In this document: positions 1 through 14,689 of the stretch, one piece after another
Numbering within the stretch: position 1 is the stretch's first letter
How the letters are laid out: each line of letters starts with the position of its first letter
Assembly (NCBI GenBank): GCA_951406725.2
Contig: OX597823.1
Location: 86,428,001-86,492,000 of the forward strand
Length of the DNA: 64,000 nt
From: Octopus vulgaris
Taxonomy: Eukaryota
Direction of reading: 5' to 3'
Program-made: the position numbers and the translations under genes
The notes under the pieces: generated by a model
Seen by the model: only the letters and a program-made list of their open reading frames with translations
The model's database searches: none
What the model was told of the DNA's origin: nothing

Positions 1-261
1 CTAACTCACTGTGATAAGAGAGTGATATGATAATCCTACTGTGGACTAAGTTAAACCAACTGAAGTACTCTGCGCCCTTTGATTAGTTGCTTCGCTTGCA
101 CTAGTCTCGCTGGGTCAGAGTAAAAATCAAGTGAGTGCGACGCGAGTAAGTGAGAGAGAGACTGGCAGAAGCAGTGACAGACGTAATCCTGTCTACTATA
201 GGTAAAATGCCTGGAATTGGCGAGGAGGGGTGTTAGTTCATTATAAATAAGTGAATATATA

Positions 262-301
<40 letters not shown>

Positions 302-465
302 GTACACAGACACATATACACACACAATATTACATACATATATTACATACATACATGTAATATAATTTTTCTGAATCTTCATATTTTTCTATATCCTAGA
401 CTACTGGTCTTAAATTGATATTAATCAAATTAATATACAATTTTCACTGTTATATATATATATAT

Positions 466-620
466 AGTGGCTGTGTGGTAAGTAGGTTGCTTACGAACCA
501 CATGGTCCCGGGTTCAGTCCCACTGCGTGGCACCTTGGGCAAGTGTCTTCCAGTATAGCCACGGGCCGACCAAAATCTTGTGAGTGGATTTGGTAAACGG
601 AAACTGAAAGAAGCCCGTCG

Positions 621-667
<47 letters not shown>

Positions 668-868
668 TTGTGTGTCTGTGTTTGTCTCCCCAACATCGCT
701 TGACAACCGATGCTGGTGTGTTTACGTCCCCGTAACTTAGCGTTTCGGCAAAAGACACCGATAGAATAAGTACTAGGCTTACAAAGAATAAGTCCCGATT
801 TGGTCGATTAAAGGCGGTGCTCCAGCATGGCCGCAGTCAAATGACTGAAATAAGCAAAAGAGTAAAGA
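466..868 (+). mobile_element. tRNA-derived SINE family B with internal (TA)n(TG)n
   Basis: GTGGCTGTGTGGTAAG head, GGGTTCAGTCCC B box, CACCTTGGGCAAGTG, and tail GGCCGCAGTCAAATGACTGAAA...AAGAGTAAAG. Confidence 0.85.
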
Positions 869-936
869 TTATATACATATAGCTACATTAAATCTCTGAG
901 CGAGAAGTGAACAATAACCATACGGAATCGTAAAAC

Positions 937-1292
937 ATATTTGCCAACTAAATGTGGTAATCCATAGAGGACGATGTTACTGTTGTTTTTAGCCTCATGA
1001 AGACATCTCCTCTGGCTGTCTAATGACACACTGTCTGTGTCCGAATAGCATTTGCGAGGGGAGGCCATCGTTCCCACCTCTAGACTTACTTGATACACAC
1101 AGACCCGGGTTTCTGAATAGTTACCTTCAGTGTGTGATAATCACCAGCTAGTGAAGAAAACTCATTTCACTCGCAAATACTAATCGGACACAGACAGTCT
1201 GCCGTTAGTCAGATGGAGATGTCTTCTTAGGGCTAAAAACAACAGTAGCATTGTCCTGTATGGGACCGCCACATTTAGTTGGCAAATATATT
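937..1292. repeat. Imperfect long inverted repeat (arms ~937-1058 / ~1170-1292), fold-back or MITE-like
   Basis: ATATTTGCCAACTAAATGTGG/CCACATTTAGTTGGCAAATAT, GAAGACATCTCC/GGAGATGTCTTC, and ACTGTCTGTGTCCGA/TCGGACACAGACAGT. Confidence 0.75.
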
Positions 1293-1590
1293 TTACACAC
1301 ACACACACTCAAACACACACATACATATATATAATATATATATATATAATTACATACAGACGTATTCACATACGCACACATATATACACATACAAACACA
1401 CAAACATACACACACACATACATATTTAAATATAATAGTGTATGAAACTTACATGAAGAGAAAACCACCATATGGATTTCTTACGTGCTAAAAATGGCAG
1501 TCAAAGCTTAAAACCACGAATGAATATTCGTACCTTAAAGCACGTTGATTTGGAAGTGAGCAAGACATTTGAGTGAATAAAATATAGTAA

Positions 1591-1651
<61 letters not shown>

Positions 1652-1654
<3 letters not shown>

Positions 1655-2024
1655 CCAATAAAAATGGTAAATAATTTTTCTGTGGTTTTTCATATAACCA
1701 ACAATTATTTACCGGTAAATTTCGGTATGTAAATATGACAAATTCATCGTCAGGAACTTTGTAAGGTTCAGTATATAGTAAAACTAATAAAAAGGGCTAG
1801 CAACAGGCTGCTTCGCCGCATACCGAAGGAATTAGAAATGGCAGTCAAAGACTGTTTTTTCCATTTTCTTTAAGTGGAGATTCCATTTTGTGTATGTGAA
1901 CCGCAGGGTCCGTCGTTTTTGGAATCTCCACTTACAGAAAATGGCAAAAACAGTCTTTGACTGCTATTTCTAATTCCTTCGGTATGCGGCGAAGCAGCCT
2001 GTTGCTAGCCCTTTTTATTAGTTT

Positions 2025-2033
<9 letters not shown>
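1652..2033. mobile_element. Insertion between two (TA)n tracts with 114-bp inverted arms (1772-1885 / 1920-2033) and a degenerate outward-facing HHR (1702-1760, minus)
   Basis: The arms are near-perfect reverse complements. The minus strand has CTGACGA-TG...CC-GAA-ATTTACCGGTAAAT-A (14-nt palindromic helix III). Helices I and II are degraded. Confidence 0.7.
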
Positions 2034-2065
<32 letters not shown>

Positions 2066-2489
2066 CACACACACATACATATGTGTGTGAATTTGTGTGA
2101 GTACATGTGTGTGTGTGCTCAACCTTAGTGCTCAAGTGGTAATCCACTTTTTCGACGCCGAAATAATGAAATGCATATTCGAAAGAAGCAGAATTTGAAC
2201 TTAGATCCTAAAGCTGAATGAAATGTTGCTAAGCATTTTGTTCGACTTGCTAACTCTTCTGCTAGATTGCTACCTGACTGTCACTCATTATAATGAGATA
2301 ATACATAGCAAGGTTTTACTTAGGCCATCTTGAGTGTCCGTCGCATCCTTATTGTGATCCTAGCATATGCATGCATGTATCTATGCGACAAAACACTGTG
2401 CACTATTTACTCTGGTTTGTTAGAGTTGCCGCTACTCATTTCTTTTAATACTTTTAGTTCTATAAACTATAAACTGATGTCTAAATTAT

Positions 2490-2815
2490 TTGCCAAGCCC
2501 ATACATTTATCTATGTCCTTCGCTTCTTATGAAGTACAAACCATTGGCTTATGCTCGACTCTGAACTGTTTTTTCCGTTTCTTTTCAGTCTCACTATTCC
2601 ATCTCCAGCTAGTTTTAGGAAATGCTCTCTTCTGCCTCTCTTGTGGGTTTCAGGTTAGAACCTGACGTGCAATTCAGAATGTTGGTTTCCTTTTGGATTT
2701 TGCTGCATTATATCATATGTATATGAGCTGTTGCTATGAGAAGCTCTCCCACAAGCTTGCGTTTCACTGGCATAGATTTCAGGGTCGCTGAGGCATACAA
2801 GCCACTACTTCGCAA
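2490..2815 (-). pseudogene. RTE-clade LINE C-terminal remnant
   Basis: Minus strand GLYASATLK (cf. LLYGSETW) and QVLT*KPTRGRR...PKTSWR (cf. W.P.GKR.RGRP..SWR). Confidence 0.45.
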
Positions 2816-4010
2816 CAAGGACTGGAACTTGCGGTGGAAATCATACATTTTCAGTACTTGTTTCATCAAATTAGGAATGGTGAAAGAGAAAGTCATAGTC
2901 AACGACCGCAGGATTTGAACCTAGAATCATAATGAAATGCCGCAGGACGCTTTACCCGTCTCATTACCGATTCGGCTAATGTATTGCCTTCTATTAGTCA
3001 TATATAATCTATAAATAAATATACACGATTCTTTATTAAGTTATTAATTTTCGATTTATTTCTAAATCGGAGTAAAATACAAAACTGATAAATGCAGTAA
3101 TTATTTAATTAGTAAATTAGTTAATTTAGTTAATTAATTATTTTGTTTAATCTGTTAGCTCAACCAATCCTTTTTACTAAACGTACGTAGATTTTCCATT
3201 TTTACATTTAATAATTCACAAAGAATAGGACTATTATTCCAACTACCATAATCATAATTACATCTGCCTCTATAGTAGCTGAAGTTTTGTTTCTTTTGAA
3301 ATCATTTCCAACACCATTGTTATGATGTTAAATGACTTTATGTACAGACGATAAATATTGACCATACATCCTTTTCATAGCAGGAAATCACATATTCAAG
3401 CACGTGTCTTCGTGATGATTTCTCTATACAATGGCTTGCGATTATGTGTGAAACTTTACGTGCGATTTTCAGAAAATAACATTTTTTTTCCTCCGATATT
3501 GGAATGACCCTAAGAAACAGCGACCACACCCACGAAACAGAAAGAACGTGAAGTATTACAAAGGAAAACAAAAGAGATTTGATGCAAAGAAGAAAGTAAG
3601 TTATGATGTATACTAACATTGCAAAATGTAAAATCTATTATGCTTATGAAAAGCAAAATATCCTAGCAATCGTGTTAACGTGCTGTCAAGTGAATATTGA
3701 ATATTTCTTTAAATGAGTCTAGAAATATATGGCTAAATGTAAGTATAAAAGTTTATCAATAATATAAATAATACACCAAAATATGAGAACTTATATGTGA
3801 TACCAACATTTCAAATAGTAGTTGTCAGATATCTGAAGCGAGTGTTATATAAATAGACATAGTGAGTATTATATATTATATTTTTGTGAGCATTCATCCA
3901 GAAATATAATCTGATAAAAGGCGTAATAAATAATAAACAATAAATAATAAATAATACATGGAAACTTGATCAAATTACATGAATGTTAATAATATTTGTG
4001 TATTTATTTT

Positions 4011-5052
4011 AAGGCGGTGAGCTGTCAGAAACGTTAGCACGCCGGGCGAAATGCTTAGTGGTATTTCGTCTGCTGCTACGTTCTGAGTTCAAATTCCGCC
4101 GAGGTCCACTTTGCCTTTCATTCTTTCGGGGTCGATTAAATAAGCACCAGTTACGCTCTGGGATCGATATATAATCGACTAAATCCGTTTGTCTGTCCTT
4201 GTTTGTCCTCTCTGTATTTAGCCCCTTGTGGGTAGTAAAGAAGTGGGTATTTCGTCTGCCGTTACGTTCTGAGTTCAAATTCCACCGAGGTCGACTTTGA
4301 CTTTCATCCTTTCGGGGTCGATTAAGTAAGTACCAGTTACGCACTGGGGTCGATATAATCGACTTAATCCGCTTGTCTGTCCTTTTTTGTTGTTTCTATA
4401 TTTAGCCCCTTGTGGGCAATATAGAAATAAGAAACGTTAGCACGCCGGACGAAATACTTATAAGGGGGCGAGCTGGCAGAAACGTTAGCACGCCGGGTGA
4501 AATGCGTAGCCGTATTTCGTCTGATGTTACGTTCTGAGTTCAAATTCCACCGAGGTCGACTTTGCCTTTCATCCTTTCTGGGTCGATTAAATAAGTACCA
4601 ATTACGTACTGGGGTCGATATAATCGACTTAATCCGTTTGTCTGTCCTTATTTGTCCTCTCTGTGTTTGGCCCTTTGTGGCTAATAAAGAAACAGGCATT
4701 TCATCTGCCGTTATGTTCTGAGTTCAAATTTCACCGCGGTCGACTTTGCCTTTCATCCTTTCGGGGTCGATTAAATAAGTACCAATTACCTACTTGGGTC
4801 GATATAATCGACTTAATCCATTTGTCTGTCCTTGTTTGTCCCTTCTGTGTTTAGCCCCTTGTGGGTAGTAAAGAAATAGATATTTCGTCTGCCGTTACAT
4901 TCTGAGTTCAAATTCTGCCGAGGTCGACTTTGCCTTTCATCTTTTCGTGGTCGATTAAATAACTACCAGTTACGCACTGGGGCTGATGTAATCGATTTAA
5001 TTTCTTTTTTCTCCCATCTGTGTTTAGTCCCCTGTGGGCTATAAGGAAATAA
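4011..5052 (+). mobile_element. tRNA-derived SINE family A, head-to-tail multimer of about 5 units
   Basis: A-box-like GAGCTGGCAGAAACGTTAG and B box GAGTTCAAATTCC; core GCCTTTCATCCTTTCGGGGTCGATTAAATAAGTACCAG repeats about every 185-190 bp. Confidence 0.88.
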
Positions 5053-5594
5053 ATGTTATTTGTGTTTGTTTAGTTGAAAGTAAAATTGCTATTTTTGCTT
5101 GTAAAATACGGCGCTGAGGTGGTAGAAGCGTTGGTACATCGGACAGAATCCTTCACGGCTTATCCTCTGGATCTTTCAGCTTTGAGTTCAAATTCCACAG
5201 ACACTGACTTCGCTTTTCATCCTTTTGAGGTCGAGAAAATAGCTACCAGTTGAGCACTGAAATCGGTGTAATCGGTTTACAACGACCCTTCAGAAATTGC
5301 TGGCCTTGCGCTGAAATTAGAAAGAATTATTTCTGCTAAAACTAAAAATACCTCGCTGATAAAATAAGGAAGCGAGTTGGCAGTATAGTTAGGGCGTCAG
5401 ACAAACTGCATAGTAACAGTTCTTCCGCTAATTTACGTTCTGAGTTCAAACCCACTGAGGTAAACTTTTCCTTTCATCCTTACGAGGTCAATAAAACTAT
5501 AAGGTACAACTCATAATGCTGGGGTCCATGAAATCGATTAATCCTCTTCGCCTAGTCTTGTACACAAATTTTAAACAATAGCTTTGTTGGTATT

Positions 5595-6022
5595 ACTCTT
5601 TTTTATGTGTTTCAGTCATGTGACTGTGGCCATGCTGGAGCACCGCCTTTAGTCGAGCAAATCGACCCCAGGACTTATTCTTTCTAAGCTTAGTACGTAT
5701 TCTATCGGTCTCTTTTTGCGAACCGCTAAGTTACGGGGACGTAAACACACCAGCGTCGGTTATCAAGCGATATTGGGAGGAGGGGCAAACACAGACACAC
5801 AAACATATATACACATAAATACACACACACATATATATATATACATATATATATATGCGACGGGCTAAATTTCAGTTTCCGTCTAACAAATCCACTCACA
5901 AGGCTTTGGTCGGCCCAAAGTTATAGTAGAAAACACATGCCCAAGGTGCTAGGCAGTGGGACTGAACCCAGACCCATGTGGTTCGTAAGCAAGCTGCTTA
6001 CCACATAGCCACTCCTTCGCCT
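5595..6022 (-). mobile_element. SINE family B
   Basis: Reverse-complement match to 466-868. Confidence 0.85.
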
Positions 6023-6389
6023 ATTATTATTTTGTTTTCTTTTCGAGACACAAGGATTAAACTTTTTGAGGGGTCACTACGTCTGAATATCAGAAACAAA
6101 TTGTGTGGTGTCTTGATCAATGATTCCCCATTCACTGATTCGTTTCTTAAATCAATACTTTGTAATAATGAAATTTAATGACATATTTTTATCAAAACAA
6201 AAAAAAAAAAAAAAAAGATTAAGGGTAGGACTTGTCGATTACACTGATCCCAGTGCCCAACTGGTACTTCTTATATAAACCTCGAAATGATGAAAGGCAA
6301 AACTTGACTTTTTTGGCATTTGATGTCAGAACGTAAACACTGGACAAAATATTGCTGAGCATTTTGTCAGGCATCAATTATTTTTTATC

Positions 6390-6770
6390 GGAGGCGCAAT
6401 GGCCCAGTGGTTAGGGCAGCGGACTCGCGGTCGTAGGATCGCGGTTTCGATTCCCAGACCGGACGTTGTGAGTGTTTATTGAGCGAAAACACCTAAAGCT
6501 CCACGAGGCTCCGGCAGGGATGGTGGTGATCCCTGCTGTACTCTTTCACCACAACTTTCTCTCTTACTTCCTGTTTCTGTTGTACCTGTATTTCAAAGGG
6601 CCGGCCTTGTCACTCTCTGTGTCACGCTGAATCTCCCTGAGAACTACGTTAAGGGTACACGTGTCTGTGGAGTGCTCAGCCACTTAGACGTTAATTTCAC
6701 GAGCAGGCTGTTCCGTTGATCGGATCAACCGGAACCCTCGTCGTCGTAACCGACGGAGTGCTTCCATCCA
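6390..6770 (+). mobile_element. tRNA-derived SINE family C
   Basis: GGAGGCGCAATGGCCCAGTGGTTAGG A box, GGTTTCGATTCCC B box, (CCAT)n tail, TSD TTTTTTATC. Confidence 0.88.
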
Positions 6771-7199
6771 TTTTTTTATCTTTCACTTGTTTCACTCATT
6801 CGACTGCGACGATGCTGGAGCACCGCCTCGAAGAATATTTTAGTCGAATGAATCGACTCGGTACTTAAGCTTTTTTTAAGCCTGGTATTGTTATGTCGGT
6901 CACTTATTGTCGAACGACTATGTTACGGGAATACAAACCAGCCAACAAGCGTTTTGGGGGGACAAACACAGAATATAAAGACGCACATAGACACACTTGT
7001 CACATCACTTTTCCCAGCCACACGCGTACAAACACACGCTCACACACGCACGCACACACGTCCACAACATACATATACATGTCCACATACATGCTCTCAC
7101 ACAAACTCATACGCACATACACATGCGCGCGCGTACTCTCACACCCTCATACGTTCACACGCAAACACATACGCACACACAGCAACATCAGCTCATTCA

Positions 7200-7495
7200 C
7201 ACACTCTTCACCTCCGAATCGAAATTTGGCTACTAACCTGTTCGACGGCACCACACCCTCGCGCATAAATCACTCACATAAGCAAAGATACATATGCGCA
7301 ATATACTGCCACACACACACACACAGAGGCTATTTTTGCACTCTCCTATCTTAAAAACCACTTTCTATATCTCTCACCATTTCGCTCAGTTCAGCCATGG
7401 AACAACACAAGTGCTTTCCTGAACTTTTTTTCCTTCTCTGGACCTTTCCTTTCTCCTCTTTCTGACGAAGCGCTATGCTCGAAACGTAAACAGGC
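7200..7495 (+). mobile_element. Probable PLE 3'-end remnant with a minimal HHR-like motif at 7455-7495
   Basis: CTGACGA-A-GCGC-TAT-GCTC-GAA-ACGT-A follows a pyrimidine-rich tract. Upstream GTTPSRIN resembles the GT..P.G(I/L)N end of GIY-YIG domains. Helix I is imperfect. Confidence 0.45.
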
Positions 7496-8095
7496 TTGTT
7501 AGCTTTTAAGTTTATCCCGTCTATAGATATTCGATATAATCCAGGGCCAGCAATATAAGATACAATGTTTCGTTGGCACAGACATATTTGATAACAAAAC
7601 GTCGTAACTTGCAGCGTTGGCTGTGAAATCTATTGAGAATCAATAGCGATATACTCAAAAGCTCCAAAGTAAAAATATCGCACTGCTAACACATGGCGAA
7701 ACTTGTTAACTTGTAATATGCTTATAATATTACGGTTGCAAAAAGAAATACTGTTGCCTTGCTACCAATTAAAAGAATCGTTAGCACGTTTGACAAAATG
7801 CTTAGCGACATTTCCTCTGCCTTCACGTTATGAGTTCAAATTCTGCCGAAGTTGACCTTGCCTTTCCTCATTTCGAGGTCGATGAAATAAGTACTACCGA
7901 ACCTCTTTCTACGCCTACATTAGGAATACTAATGATGAAGGCGTTTCCAAAATATAACAGTTTAAGTTGTGGAACAAAGCTAGTAGTTTTGATGGGATCG
8001 GATTAACATGTAAACATATATGTGTGTGTGTGTCTGTGTGAGTGTATGCATATATATATATATATCTGTATATGTATATGTATATACATATACAT

Positions 8096-8138
<43 letters not shown>

Positions 8139-8639
8139 TATGTGTATATATAAATCCCACCCTGTCTCTAATTCTTCTCCTCCGCATTCACCGCTCCCTA
8201 TCTGACCCTCTCACACCCTAACCCTTCCTCATTGATTCTCTCGTTGCTCACATGTGACCAGCGGCTATCTTTCTTTCACCCCCTTACGCATTTTTGCTTG
8301 TCTCCTGTCAAAGCTTGTTTCTCCATCGTTCACCATTTCACCTCTTTTTGGCTTACCAGTCTTTACCGTTTGTTTTAAGTGTCCTGTTCTTTTTATCCTT
8401 TTAACCTTCCGCAAATCCCAAATTCTATTGAATTTGCGGGAATTACTGTTTTGATGAAGACGCATCTTGTCCTAACGTTCGAAATGCGGAGTAGATGAAA
8501 CAGGGGACAACTGATGAAGGGATTGTTCTTTATGTTTCTCATTTTCTTTCTTTCGTTGTTCGAAAAAATTTCGTTTTCCATGTCATTGTTTTTCATGTTC
8601 TTGTTTTTCATGTTTTTCACGTTTTTTGACGTCCTGTAC

Positions 8640-10075
<1,436 letters not shown>

Positions 10076-11402
10076 TTATTGATTGGTTTTCTTCCTCTTC
10101 ATCCTTTCTGTTCATTTACATTTCCTTCCTAGCCTCTCCCTCGATCTTCCTACATGCAACAGCAGACTACCCTTTAATACATGTCTAATTGTACCTCTAT
10201 TGATAACAGTGAGTGTTTAGCGTGTCTAAACCTTAACGAGCAAACATAACTAAACTACGATGCTAATCCCACGAAAACAAGGAAAACAAACCCTAATGCA
10301 AAGCCGGATACGACCGATGAATAAATAAGTTTATAATAAAATTCCACCACCTTCTCCTAACAATATATACATCGGTTTAAAAGCCAAGGAATGTTACTCA
10401 GCTTATTGTTAAAAACCATCGGCTTTTATTCGTGATTAAACAGTTGTACATGAAAGAGCACTTATGTTTCATTGTTTTGTAATTAGAAGACAGGGGTGGA
10501 ATTCAATTTGAGTTTAGTCAACATTAAATCAATATATTGGCGGCAAATAATTTCTTGAATGAAATCATTTTCATAATAAACCTGTAGAGAACCGTGGATC
10601 AGCTAGTCGAACCGACTACATTACTGACTGGTGTTTAATAAACTTGTGTTTCTGAGTTCGAATAGTATCGCAAGACTGACGAAAGAGAATTATAAGCGTG
10701 CCTCAGTTGTTAGATTTAAACATGGGTTTTTCATCTGAATACACCCAGCTTTGCTATTGATTTTGTTTATGTGGTGCTGATTAGAGTTGTTGCTTTTCTT
10801 TTTAATCCTGATCAGCTCTAACTGACTGAACCTACGATCAAAGGCTTTCTTTTTTCAAGTTTTATGTACGCTATGTAAGACTACATTGTCAAGTATGTTC
10901 TTTTGAAAGGTTATAATTTGTAGGAGATTTAACGGTTATTATTGGTCTCAAATTTTTGCACAAGGCCAGCACATTGTGTGGAAGGGTACAAGTCGATTAC
11001 ATCGAGCCCCATGCTAAACTGGTACTTATTTTACAAGAAATGATGAAGTGACCTCGGCGGAAATTGAACTTAGAACATAAAACCACTAACCATTTTGCCC
11101 GGCATGTTAACGATTGTGCCACCTCGCAGCCTTAGTTTAAACTTCTAATATTAGCGACTTATATGCATGGCGTGTTATATTTAATTTCATGTCAACTTTA
11201 TCAGGTGAAGGCACCGGGTGATTTGTGGATTTCATGCCGGGCAATTATATGGATCCAGTTGAACTTATATTACAACCATACATGCTATGATATTTAGAAT
11301 CTGCTTATAGAATATTCTATGTCCTCGTACTTCTTATTTTTCGTTGTTTATGATTTGTGACGTCCTGCGCATACATATGCATACATATATATGTATATTA
11401 TT

Positions 11403-11447
<45 letters not shown>

Positions 11448-11464
11448 TATACACATATATATAT

Positions 11465-11507
<43 letters not shown>

Positions 11508-11533
11508 TATATATATATATACATATATATTAA

Positions 11534-11919
11534 CTAGCAGTATCGCCCGGCGTTGCTCGGGTTTGTTTCGACCCGCTGGAATTGAAATTTTTGAAAAGTA
11601 AAAATGTTGCATTATGTAGCTTGCTATTCTCTTCAAGTTAACATTTTTCTGGTTGAAATACACCGAAAAGTGGCGACACAGCAGTGAAAAAATCGTAAAA
11701 AATAGGGATTTTCATAGAAAAAAGCACCTTTTTGATGTAAATAATTTCTGGTATTAACATGGTCCGATTTGAATTTTATCTCCTACGGAAGGAAGAGCAA
11801 CCCTTCTATCATACTCTCGATTTTGATCAACTTGCGCCGCAGGGTCTCGGAGGAGATAGTGTTAGTTGAAGGCTACCAAACCTGCCGCACACAGACAACT
11901 TCAGCTTTATATATAGAGA
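11534..11919 (-). mobile_element. Non-autonomous Helitron
   Basis: Minus strand reads A|TCTCTATATATAAAG...CCCGAGCAACGCCGGG hairpin-CGATACTG-CTAG|T: 5' TC, 3' hairpin plus CTAG, inserted at A|T. Confidence 0.85.
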
Positions 11920-12563
11920 TAACACACACACATTAATACACATACATACATACACACACACACATGTATGTATGTATGGATGTATGTATGTATATATGTA
12001 CATGTGTCCACTTCTTGCCATATTTTTATCCTTCACTTCCTACATACACACACACACACACACACTCACACACACGCACGCACGAACACATACGCACACA
12101 CACCTTCTTAGCTTACAATTTCTTTCTTTCAACAATTGACAACTGAAGTACGCTCGCCAATGAATACTACCAAAAGTTAGCGACAGATCTCTGTTTCCTT
12201 TTTTTTGTTTGAGGATTGGTTTAACCATTAATAAGAGAAAGTAGCAGAATGTGTGATGTTGAATAAGAGTTGCAGAAAGAGGATATGGTAGTGGTATACA
12301 CTTGCAAAGTGAAAGTAGGAGAAAGTGTGGTAATAGCAGGAGCAAAGCATTTGAAATGAGAGAGGCAAATCGTAAAATATTGAGTTTTCTCGAATTTTTG
12401 CTTAATTGGGGGTGAAATTGAAAAAAATGTATATGCCATAACCCAATGGAATCTACTTCGAAAAACCATAGGTAAATTCCAATTGAAGAAATTCTATATT
12501 GTACAATTGTATTAAAAACAAACTATTTGAGAGGCAGAGAAAATCTGCCTCTTAGCATAAGAG

Positions 12564-12614
<51 letters not shown>

Positions 12615-13009
12615 CTAGCAGTATCGCCCGGCGTTGCTCGGGTTGTAAGGGAAATAACTATATAAGCATTTTTAGAGAGTTATAGCCAAAAAATAGCAAA
12701 AAAATGCATTAAAAATTGAAAAAAAATTAAGGTAAATTTCTTTTTAAATCGTTGACACATCGTAGATATTTTTAGAGAGTTACTTCCCTTATATAAAAGC
12801 GAAAAAAATGCATTAAAATGGAAAAATATGATGGTAAATTTTTTTTAAATCGTAGACTCATCGTAGACGCACGCTAATACCCAGAAGGGCTCGATATGAA
12901 TCACGACTATACGATACCCGCTTTTGGTTACACTGCACCGCAAAATGTGGGAGTAATTACGAATGTAAATCGAAGGGGACAGACACACAACTTCACTCTT
13001 ATATAAAGA
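12615..13009 (-). mobile_element. Non-autonomous Helitron with the same 3' terminus but a different body
   Basis: Identical CTAGCAGTATCGCCCGGCGTTGCTCGGG end; 5' end TCTTTATATAAGAG; internal ~110-bp duplication (TTTTTAGAGAGTTA...TTTTTAAATCGT). Confidence 0.75.
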
Positions 13010-13010
13010 T

Positions 13011-13337
13011 GCTTTTTTTTTTCAGTCATAGAGTTAGATTTATGAAGGTCTTCAGTAGACAATCCTTCGAATTCTGACTCGCTGCTTGATATAATGAAAT
13101 TCGTATCCATTTTTTGTCAGAATTACAAATTTTGAAAACACAATAGGAACAAATTTCGGAAAAAAATCTCCCATAATTCACGGAATTAAAATTACACTTC
13201 GATTTTTGTACAAAACTGTATTTGAAGTGTTTACGAAGTATAATACGTGTTTTCACGAATGTACTAAAGAGATTTACTCTGATATTCTCATTTAAATATG
13301 AATAGGTAAATTCGGGCGGTTTGGTAACGAAAGGGTT
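13011..13337 (-). mobile_element. piggyBac-like 5' terminal remnant
   Basis: Minus strand begins AACCCTTTCGTTACC and is followed by the short acidic N-terminus MDTNFIISSSESEFEGLSTED. Confidence 0.4.
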
Positions 13338-13787
13338 TATATAAGTGTCGTCTGTTTATACATAAACACTGTTTCATACTTTCAGTTTAGTCTTCCTCAA
13401 ATCACTGTCGCTAATTTACTCTCTTCCAAGAACATTTTCACTCAGTCTTATCTGTTAGCTTCCCATACATTTTACTCATGTATCTATCAGCGTGATAGAC
13501 AGAAACAAATATTACATTTACTTTCATTTTATTCGTTGCCCACTGTGTGTGTGCGTTTGCGTGTGGTGTAAACCAGACTAAGAAAAGCATTTGACACACA
13601 CACCAGAATGTGAGTTTTCTGTAAATTTTGCTTAATTGGAGTTTAAATTTTAAAAACTGGACCTGGCATGACGCGATGCATTGTACTCTTAAAAATGGTA
13701 GGTAAATTGTAATTGAAGAAATCCTATATTGTAGATTTGTATAACTCCCAAAGGGAGGCAGATAAAATCTGCCTTTTATAATAAGAG

Positions 13788-14078
<291 letters not shown>

Positions 14079-14689
14079 TGTAAAATAGGATACTAAATTC
14101 AAGCTGTGTCCTCTTGGAGCACTTTGCGAATAAGTGTTTTATCTTAAATGAGTCATAGACAGCTAAATGAAAGCTCTGGTGAATCGTATTTGCAGAGTAA
14201 GTATGAATTGGTCCCAAATTTTGACATAAGGCCAGCAGTTTCGAAGGAGCGTCTAAGTTAATTGCATTGACCCCAGTACTCAATTGGTACTTATTTTATC
14301 GATCCCGGAAGGATGAAAGGCAAAGTCGACCTTGGCGAGATTTGAACTTAGAATGCCAGGACGGACGAAATGAGGCTAAGCATTTTGCAAGGCGTCCAAA
14401 TGATAAAGCCAGCTGCCGCCAAAGTAGTAAGTATATATAAAATTCAAATTTTACCAAAAGGCCAAAAAGTTTGGGAAGGGGCTAAGTCTATTAGCTAGAC
14501 CCCTAGTGTTCAGCAGGTTTGTATTTTTAGCAAGCACAGAATGATGGATTGCAAAGTCGACTCGGCGGAATTTCAACTCAGAACTTATAGACGGGCGAGA
14601 TGCCGCTAAGTATTCTGCCCGGGATGCTAACGATTCTTTTCTTACTTTAGCCGCAAAGCCCGAAATTTTGGAGTGGTGGGGCCAGTCAA

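Noticed and set aside
1-267. Possible LTR starting TGT on the minus strand
   Set aside because: Cut by the window edge; no partner LTR, PBS or TSD is visible.
4009-4854. Recurrent ORFs such as RSEFKFHRGRLCLSSF and RNWYLFNRPRKDE
   Set aside because: Chance reading frames of SINE family A, recurring at each copy.
4011-5052. CRISPR-like regularly spaced repeats
   Set aside because: The units are ~190-bp SINE copies without unique spacers; the context is eukaryotic and there are no cas genes.
6390-6465. tRNA gene
   Set aside because: A tRNA-like SINE head followed by a SINE body, tail and TSDs; no proper acceptor stem.
8445-8570. TTGATGA and CTGATGA hammerhead-like cores in a PLE-like pyrimidine-rich segment
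   Set aside because: I could not assemble helix II, GAAA, helix III and helix I consistently. It may be a decayed PLE end but is unsupported.
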